Below, in pieces: positions 42,401 through 51,372 of a stretch of DNA of 64,000 nucleotides. The stretch's first letter is position 1, and each line of letters opens with the position of its first letter. The stretch is from assembly GCA_040954595.2 (NCBI GenBank), contig CM082585.2, positions 3,626,902 through 3,690,901 on the forward strand. The letters are read 5' to 3'. The notes below the pieces were generated by a model. The model did no database searches. It was not told the DNA's origin and saw nothing but the letters and a program-made list of their open reading frames with translations. A program made the position numbers and the translations under genes. This DNA is from Balanoglossus misakiensis. Its lineage: Eukaryota; Animalia; Hemichordata.

Positions 42401-45400
42401 TATAACGCATAGGGATAGGAGAAGGGCGGGCGGAAAGCGGTCGTGTGTCTGAGCTTCTCCGGCGAGACCTCGCACAAATCCCCGGCGAGTTAGAAAGGGA
42501 ACTCGCAGTGTCGTTCATTAAGCAGGCGTGGTATATAACGCATAGGGATAGGAGAAGGGCGGGCGGAGAGCGGTCGTGTGTCTGAGCTTCTCCGGTGAGA
42601 CCTCGCACAAATCCCCGACGAGTTAGAAAGGGAACTCTTGGTGTCGTTCATTAAACAGGCGTGGTATATAACGCATAGGGATAGGAGAAGGGCGGGCGGA
42701 AAGCGGTCGTGTGTCTGAGCTTCTCCGGCGAGACCTCGCACAAATCCCCGACGAGTTAGAAAGGGAACTCGTGGTGTCGTTCATTAAACAGGCGTGGTAT
42801 ATAACGCATAGGGATAGAAGAAGGGCGGGCGGAAAGCGGTCGTGTGTCTGAGCTTCTCCGGCGAGACCTCGCACAAATCCCCGACGAGTTAGAAAGGGAA
42901 CTCGTGGTGTCGTTCATTAAACAGGCGTGGTATATAACGCATAGGGATAGGAGAAGGGCGGGCGGAAAGCGGTCGTGTGTCTGAGCTACCCCGGCGAGAC
43001 CTCGCACAAATCCCCGCCGAGTTAGAAAGGGAACTCGCGGTGTCGTTCATCAAGCAGGCGTGGTATATAACGCATAGGGATAGGAGAAGGGCGGGCGGAA
43101 AGCGGTCGTGTGTCTAAGCTTCTCCGGCGAGACCTCGCACAAATCCCCGACGAGTTAGAAAGGGAACTCGTGGTGTCGTTCATTAAATAGGCGTGGTGTA
43201 TAACGCATAGGGATAGGAGAAGGGCGGGCGGAAAGCGGTCGTGTGTCTGAGCTTCCCCGGCGAGACCTCGCACAAATCCCCGACGAGTTAGAAAGGGAAC
43301 TCGCTGTGTCGTTCATTAAGCAGGCGTGGTATATAACGCATAGGGATAGGAGAATGGCGGAAAGCGGTCGTGTGTCTGAGCTTCCCCGGCGAGACCTCGC
43401 ACAAATCCCCGACAAGTTAGAAAGGGAACTCGTGGTGTCGTTCATTAAACAGGCGTGGTATATAACGCTTAGGGATAGGAGAAGGGCGGGCGGAAAGCGG
43501 TCGTGTGTCTGAGCTTCTCCGGCGAGACCTCGCACAAATCCCCGACGAGTTAGAAAGGGAACTCGTGGTGTCGTTCATTAAACAGGCGTGGTATATAACG
43601 CATAGGGATAGGAGAAGGGCGGGCGGAAAGCGGTCGTGTGTCTGAGCTTCTCCGGCGAGACCTCGCACAAATCCCCGGCGAGTTAGAAAGGGAACTCGCA
43701 GTGTCGTTCATTAAGCAGGCGTGGTATATAACGCATAGGGATAGGAGAAGGGCGGGCGGAGAGCGGTCGTGTGTCTGAGCTTCTCCGGCGAGACCTCGCA
43801 CAAATCCCCGACGAGTTAGAAAGGGAACTCTTGGTGTCGTTCATTAAACAGGCGTGGTATATAAGGCATAGGGATAGGAGAAGGGTGGGCGGAAACGGTC
43901 GTGTGTCTGAGCTTCTCCGGCGAGACCTCGCACAAATCCCCGCCGAGTTAGAAAGGGAACTCGCGGTGTCGTTCATTAATCAGGCGTGGTATATAACGCA
44001 TAGGGATAGGAGAAGGGCGGGCGGAAAGCGGTCGTGTGTCTGAGCTTCTCCGGCGAGACCTCGCACAAATCCCCGGCGAGTTAGAAAGGGAACTCGCAGT
44101 GTCGTTCATTAAGAAGGCGTGGAATATAAGGCATAGGGATAGGAGAAGGGTGGGCGGAAACGGTCGTGTGTCTGAGCTTCTCCGGCGAGACCTCGCACAA
44201 ATCCCCGCCGAGTTAGAAAGGGAACTCGCGGTGTCGTTCATTAATCAGGCGTGGTATATAACGCATAGGGATAGGAGAAGGGCGGGCGGAAAGCGGTCGT
44301 GTGTCTGAGCTTCTCCGGCGAGACCTCGCACAAATCCCCGGCGAGTTAGAAAGGGAACTCGCAGTGTCGTTCATTAAGCAGGCGTGGTATATAACGCATA
44401 GGGATAGGAGAAGGGCGGGCGGAAAGCGGTCGTGTGTCTGAGCTTCTCCGGCGAGACCTCGCACAATTCCCCGACGAGATAGAAAGGGAACTCGCGGTGT
44501 CGTTCATTAAGCAGGCGTGGTATATAACGCATAGGGATAGGAGAAGGGCGGGCGGAAAGCCGTCGTGTGTCTGAGCTTCTCCGGCGAGACCTCGCACAAA
44601 TCCCCGCCGAGTTAGAAAGGGAACTCGCGGTGTCGTTCATTAAGCAGGCGTGGTATATAACGCATAGGGATAGGAGAAGGGCGGGCGGAAAGCGGTCGTG
44701 TGTCTGAGCTTCTCCGGCGAGACCTCGCACAAATCCCCGGCGAGTTAGAAAGGGAACTCGCAGTGTCGTTCATTAAGCAGGCGTGGTATATAACGCATAG
44801 GGATAGGAGAAGGGCGGGCGGAAACGGTCGTGTGTCTGAGCTTCTCCGGCGAGACCTCGCACAAATCCCCGCCGAGTTAGAAAGGGAACTCGCGGTGTCG
44901 TTCATTAATCAGGCGTGGTATATAACGCATAGGGATAGGAGAAGGGCGGGCGGAAAGCGGTCGTGTGTCTGAGCTTCTCCGGCGAGACCTCGCACAAATC
45001 CCCGGCGAGTTAGAAAGGGAACTCGCAGTGTCGTTCATTAAGCAGGCGTGGTATATAACGCATAGGGATAGGAGAAGGGCGGGCGGAAAGCGGTCGTGTG
45101 TCTGAGCTTCTCCGGCGAGACCTCGCACAATTCCCCGACGAGATAGAAAGGGAACTCGCGGTGTCGTTCATTAAGCAGGCGTGGTATATAACGCATAGGG
45201 ATAGGAGAAGGGCGGGCGGAAAGCCGTCGTGTGTCTGAGCTTCTCCGGCGAGACCTCGCACAAATCCCCGCCGAGTTAGAAAGGGAACTCGCGGTGTCGT
45301 TCATTAAGCAGGCGTGGTATATAACGCATAGGGATAGGAGAAGGGCGGGCGGAAAGCGGTCGTGTGTCTGAGCTTCTCCGGCGAGACCTCGCACAAATCC

Positions 45401-45670
45401 CCGGCGAGTTAGAAAGGGAACTCGCAGTGTCGTTCATTAAGCAGGCGTGGTATATAACGCATAGGGATAGGAGAAGGGCGGGCGGAGAGCGGTCGTGTGT
45501 CTGAGCTTCTCCGGCGAGACCTCGCACAAATCCCCGACGAGTTAGAAAGGGAACTCTTGGTGTCGTTCATTAAACAGGCGTGGTATATAACGCATAGGGA
45601 TAGGAGAAGGGCGGGCGGAAAGCGGTCGTGTGTCTGAGCTTCTCCGGCGAGACCTCGCACAAATCCCCGA
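33490..45670. repeat. 6094-bp tandem duplication (46 monomers, two copies)
   Basis: Private variants recur at +6094: GGGCGGTCGG ~34747/~40841; CCGGTGAGA ~36497/~42591; GTCTAAGC ~37018/~43112; TTAAGAAGG ~38015/~44109. Confidence 0.88.
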
Positions 45671-48600
45671 CGAGTTAGAAAGGGAACTCGTGGTGTCGTT
45701 CATTAAACAGGCGTGGTATATAACGCATAGGGATAGAAGAAGGGCGGGCGGAAAGCGGTCGTGTGTCTGAGCTTCTCCGGCGAGACCTCGCACAAATCCC
45801 CGCCGAGTTAGAAAGGGAACTCGTGGTGTCGTTCATTAAATAGGCGTGGTATATAACGCATAGGGATAGGAGAAGGGCGGGCGGAAAGCGGTCGTGTGTC
45901 TGAGCTTCCCCGGCGAGACCTCGCACAAATCCCCGACGAGTTAGAAAGGGAACTCGCTGTGTCGTTCATTAAGCAGGCGTGGTATATAACGCATAGGGAT
46001 AGGAGAATGGCGGAAAGCGGTCGTGTGTCTGAGCTTCCCCGGCGAGACCTCGCACAAATACCCGACAAGTTAGAAAGGGAACTCGTGGTGTCGTTCATTA
46101 AACAGGCGTGGTATATAACGCTTAGGGATAGGAGAAGGGCGGGCGGAAAGCGGTCGTGTGTCTGAGCTTCTCCGGCGAGACCTCGCACAAATCCCCGACG
46201 AGTTAGAAAGGGAACTCGTGGTGTCGTTCATTAAACAGGCGTGGTATATAACGCATAGGGATAGGAGAAGGGCGGGCGGAAAGCGGTCGTGTGTCTGAGC
46301 TTCTCCGGCGAGACCTCGCACAAATCCCCGGCGAGTTAGAAAGGGAACTCGCAGTGTCGTTCATTAAGCAGGCGTGGTATATAACGCATAGGGATAGGAG
46401 AAGGGCGGGCGGAGAGCGGTCGTGTGTCTGAGCTTCTCCGGCGAGACCTCGCACAAATCCCCGACGAGTTAGAAAGGGAACTCTTGGTGTCGTTCATTAA
46501 ACAGGCGTGGTATATAACGCATAGGGATAGGAGAAGGGCGGGCGGAAAGCGGTCGTGTGTCTGAGCTTCTCCGGCGAGACCTCGCACAAATCCCCGACGA
46601 GTTAGAAAGGGAACTCGTGGTGTCGTTCATTAAACAGGCGTGGTATATAACGCATAGGGATAGAAGAAGGGCGGGCGGAAAGCGGTCGTGTGTCTGAGCT
46701 TCTCCGGCGAGACCTCGCACAAATCCCCGACGAGTTAGAAAGGGAACTCGTGGTGTCGTTCATTAAACAGGCGTGGTATATAACGCATAGGGATAGGAGA
46801 AGGGCGGGCGGAAAGCGGTCGTGTGTCTGAGCTACCCCGGCGAGACCTCGCACAAATCCCCGCCGAGTTAGAAAGGGAACTCGCGGTGTCGTTCATCAAG
46901 CAGGCGTGGTATATAACGCATAGGGATAGGAGAAGGGCGGGCGGAAAGCGGTCGTGTGTCTGAGCTTCTCCGGCGAGACCTCGCACAAATCCCCGACGAG
47001 TTAGAAAGGGAACTCGTGGTGTCGTTCATTAAATAGGCGTGGTATATAACGCATAGGGATAGGAGAAGGGCGGGCGGAAAGCGGTCGTGTGTCTGAGCTT
47101 CCCCGGCGAGACCTCGCACAAATCCCCGCCGAGTTAGAAAGGGAACTCGCTGTGTCGTTCATTAAGCAGGCGTGGTATATAACGCATAGGGATAGGAGAA
47201 TGGCGGAAAGCGGTCGTGTGTCTGAGCTTCCCCGGCGAGACCTCGCACAAATCCCCGACAAGTTAGAAAGGGAACTCGTGGTGTCGTTCATTAAACAGGC
47301 GTGGTATATAACGCTTAGGGATAGGAGAAGGGCGGGCGGAAAGCGGTCGTGTGTCTGAGCTTCTCCGGCGAGACCTCGCACAAATCCCCGACGAGTTAGA
47401 AAGGGAACTCGTGGTGTCGTTCATTAAACAGGCGTGGAATATAACGCATAGGGATAGGAGAAGGGCGGGCGGAAAGCGGTCGTGTGTCTGAGCTTCTCCG
47501 GCGAGACCTCGCACAAATCCCCGCCGAGTTAGAAAGGGAACTCGCGGTGTCGTTCATTAAGCAGGCGTGGTTTATAACGCATAGGGATAGGAGAAGGGCG
47601 GGCGGAAAACGGTCGTGTGTCTGAGCTTCCCCGGCGAGACCTCGCACAAATCACCGCCGAGTTAGAAAAGGAACTCGAGGTGTCGTTCATTAAGCAGGCG
47701 TGGTATATAACGCATAGGGATAGGAGAATGGCTGGCGGAAAGCGGTCGTGTGTCTGAGCTTCCCCGGCGAGACCTCGCACAAATCCCCGACGAGTTAGAA
47801 AGGGAACTCGCAGTGTCGTTCATTAAGCAGGCGTGGTATATAACGCATAGGGATAGGAGAAGGGCGGGCGGAAAGCGGTCGTGTGTCTGAGCTTCCCCGG
47901 CGAGACCTCGCACAAATCCCCGACGAGTTAGAAAGGGAACTCGTGGTGTCGTTCATTAAACAGGCGTGGTATATAACGCATAGGGATAGGAGAAGGGCGG
48001 GCGGAAAGCGGTCGTGTGTCTGAGCTTCTCCGGCGAGACCTCGCACAAATCCCCGCCGAGTTAGAAAGGGAACTCGCGGTGTCGTTCATTAAGCAGGCGT
48101 GGTTTATAACGCATAGGGATAGGAGAAGGGCGGGCGGAAAGCGGTCGTGTGTCTGAGCTTCCCCGGCGAGACCTCGCACAAATCCCCGACGAGTTAGAAA
48201 GGGAACTCGCAGTGTCGTTCATTAAGCAGGCGTGGTATATAACGCATAGGGATAGGAGAAGGGCGGGCGGAAAGCGGTCGTGTGTCTGAGCTTCTCCGGC
48301 GAGACCTCGCACAATTCCCCGACGAGATAGAAAGGGAACTCGCGGTGTCGTTCATTAAGCAGGCGTGGTATATAACGCATAGGGATAGGAGAAGGGCGGG
48401 CGGAAAGCCGTCGTGTGTCTGAGCTTCTCCGGCGAGACCTCGCACAAATCCCCGCCGAGTTAGAAAGGGAACTCGCGGTGTCGTTCATTAAGCAGGCGTG
48501 GGATATAACGCATAGGGAAAGGAGAAGGGCGGGCGGAAAGCAGTCTTGTGTCTGAGCTTCTCCGGCGAGACCTCGCACAAATCCTCGCCGAGTTAGAAAG

Positions 48601-49879
48601 GGAACTCGCGGTGTCGTTCATTAAGCAGGCGTGGTTTATAACGCATAGGGATAGGAGAAGGGCGGGCTGTAAGCGGTCGTGTGTCTGAGCTTCTCAGGCG
48701 AGACCTCGCACAAATCCCCGCCGAGTTAGAAAGGGAACTCGCGGTGTCGTTCATTATGCAGGCATGGTATTTAACGCATAGGGATATGAGAAGAGCGGGC
48801 GGAAAGCCGTCGTGTGTCTGAGCTTCCCCGGCGAGACCTCGCAAAAATCCCCGCCGAGTTAGAAAGGGAACTCGCGGTGTCGTTCATTAAGCAGGCGTGG
48901 GATATAACGCATAGGGAAAGGAGAAGGGCGGGCGGAAAGCAGTCTTGTGTCTGAGCTTCTCCGGCGAGACCTCGCACAAATCCCCGACGAGTTAGAAAGG
49001 GAACTCGCGGTGTCGTTCATAAGCAGGCGTGGTATATAACGCATAGGGATAGGAGAATGGCGGAAAGCGGTCGTGTGTCTGAGCTTCCCCGGCGAGACCT
49101 CGCACAAATCCCAGACGAGTTAGAAAGGGAACTCGTGGTGTCGTTCATAAGCAGGCGTGGTATATAACGCATAGGGATAGGAGAAGGGCGGGCGGAAAGC
49201 AGTCTTGTGTCTGAGCTTCTCCGGCGAGACCTCGCACAAATCCCCGACGAGTTAGAAAGGGAACTCGCGGTGTCGTTCATTAAGCAGGCGTGGGATATAA
49301 CGCATAGGGAAAGGAGAAGGGCGGGCGGAAAGCAGTCTTGTGTCTGAGCTTCTCCGGCGAGACCTCGCACAAATCCCCGACGAGTTAGAAAGGGAACTCG
49401 CAGTGTCGTTCATTAAGCAGGCGTGGTATATAACGTATAGGGATAGGAGAAGGGCGGGCGGAAATCGGTCGTGTGTCTGAGCTTCTCCGGCGAGGCCGCG
49501 CACAAATTCCCGCCGAGTTAGAAAGGGAACTCGAGGTGTCGTTCATTAAGCAGGCGTGGTATATAACGTATAGGGATAGGAGAAGGGCGGGCGGAAAGAG
49601 GTCGTGTGTCTGAGCTTCCCCGGCGAGTCCTCGCACAAATCCCCGACGAGTTAGAAAGGGAACTCGCAGTGTCGTTCATTAAACAGGCGTGGTATATAAC
49701 GTATAGGGATAGGAGAAGGAAAGGGTGGATAGCGGTCGCCTGTTCGTGCTCCCCCGGAAAGACCTCGCACAATTCCCCGACGAGTTAGAAAGGGAACTCG
49801 AACTTTTTGGATGCAACTTGAACATATACGTACATACCATGTACAATTGATTGTGGTAGACCATGTGTATAGAGGGATC

Positions 49880-51070
49880 GTCTCTTGATTTAATGTTGAG
49901 TCTAAATTTGGGCTAAATTTGCCAAATTGAGGCAATTGTGTCTTTCGAATTCCAAAATCATCATTTTAATCAATATCATTTGGCGTATGATGTTTTAAAT
50001 ATACATATACATCACCCGAACTCGAAAACAAAACGCGTTACTTATTATCATTTCTGAAAATGACAATTTTAAACCGAAATGTGGCTAAATGGTATTTTTT
50101 AGTGAATTGGGTCTCAATAAGGCTGTTATGTTGGTATCAGCATACTTTTGCTCAAAATTCATTTTTGATACATCATTACATCCTTGATTGTAAAGAAAAC
50201 ATTTTTCTAGGTTTTAAATAACTCTTTTAACGGGGAAAATGGCCAGATGACATTTTTTGTGGGGCTAAAAGCCTGCTTTTTCCAATTATCTCCAGTTTTA
50301 ATATAAAATTGACCTTCCATAATATCATCAGATCACCGAATATGAATAAAACAGTTTGTTTTTAATTTTGTCTAAAAATGACCTTTGGGGCAAAAAATGC
50401 CCAAAGGGGCGTTTTTATATCTTGAGTAGGGTCAATCAGACTGCTTTTTGGGAATATCCACCAGATTTTACATAGAATAGGCATATTATACGTTATCAGA
50501 TCTCCGAATGTGAAAAAAACAGTTTGTTTTTGTGTTTTCTAAAAATGACCCTTTGAGGCAAAAATGGCCAATTTGTCTCGAGTGGGATCAAAAAGACTGC
50601 TTTTCCTGAAGTCAGCACCAAATTCTAATATGTAGTTGTCATACTCAAATCTCCTATCATCAAGAAAACAGTCTGATGTTAGCTTTTGTCTGAAAATGAA
50701 CTTTTGGGGCAAAAACTTGCCAAAGAGGGACTTTTGTAATGAGAAGCGGTCAATAAAACTTTTTTTTACTAGTAGTCAAATTGTACAATGAATGGGCATA
50801 TAAATAATCATCAGATCTCCGATTCTAAAGAAAACATTTAGTTTTAATTGTTTTCTTCAGAAAATGACACTTTTTGGGGTAAAAGTGGCCAAATGGCAAA
50901 TTTTGCTTGTGTGACGTCAATCAGACAGCTTTTTTTTAAAATGATGGATAAGCACCGATTTTTACAGAGAATCAACTTTTCATACATCAGCAGGTCTCCG
51001 AGTGTGAAGAAAACAATTTATATTTCTTTTCAAAAAAATTACCTTTGACATCCCCAAAGTGGCCAAAATA
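49880..51070. repeat. Old, degenerate AT-rich tandem repeat with a period of about 150-175 bp, 7-8 copies
   Basis: The motif string ATCAGATCTCCGA...AAAACA...AAAATGAC...TTTGGGGCAAAA..GGCCAAA...TCAATCAGACTGCTTTTT recurs. AAAATGAC-like anchors at about 50057, 50216, 50375, 50542, 50693, 50861 and 51035. Confidence 0.85.
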
Positions 51071-51083
51071 ACATCTTCTGTAT

Positions 51084-51293
51084 TGAGTACGGCCTAAACC
51101 CCACACACTCAAGCAGGAAACGGGCTCTTCCTCCCGATTGGCAGGAAACGATGCGCCCGTACAGAGTTGGGCTATTGTAAGCTCCGTCGATCGGTTTCGC
51201 AATCGTTTACACCGGTAAGAACGGGTGCTCAGGGCTTCAACGGGCCTGCTCACATCTTCCCCCGCCAAGGGAGTGGTAAAAGTCCCGTACTCA
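51084..51293. other. GC-richer 210-bp segment bounded by a 9-bp inverted repeat (possible MITE or structured-RNA remnant)
   Basis: TGAGTACGG (51084-51092) and CCGTACTCA (51285-51293). Internal direct repeat GCAGGAAACG at 51113 and 51141. Identity not recognised. Confidence 0.35.
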
Positions 51294-51372
51294 GAATCGG
51301 ATTTGTATGTCCCTCCGCGGGTATGCGCGCCGGAACTATATATAAGGAGAAGTGGACCTTCACAAATTCCCG

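Larger units (their letters stand above)
1..49800. repeat. 133-bp tandem satellite, left block (about 375 monomers, open at window start)
   Basis: Monomer GAGTTAGAAAGGGAACTCGYGGTGTCGTTCATTAARCAGGCGTGGTATATAACGCATAGGGATAGGAGAAGGGCGGGCGGAAAGCGGTCGTGTGTCTGAGCTTCTCCGGCGAGACCTCGCACAAATCCCCGVC repeats head-to-tail. ORF coordinates step by 133. Recurrent 129-bp (AGAATGGCGG), 132-bp and 138-bp (ATAGCATATAGGG) length variants. The block ends at ...GGGAACTCG 49800. Copy number is estimated from length. Confidence 0.99.
49801..51372. other. 1.57-kb non-satellite insert interrupting the array
   Basis: Abrupt switch to AT-rich sequence after AACTCG (49800). Satellite resumes at GTTCATTAAG (51373). No target-site duplication or terminal repeats seen. 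Confidence 0.95.

Noticed and set aside
50912-50919. CRE palindrome TGACGTCA in the insert
   Set aside because: Present in only one copy of the degenerate repeat and has no supporting context.
51084-51372. RNase MRP or telomerase RNA (GGTAAAAGTCCC, CCTAAACCC)
   Set aside because: Only short isolated motif resemblances. The other conserved regions were not found.
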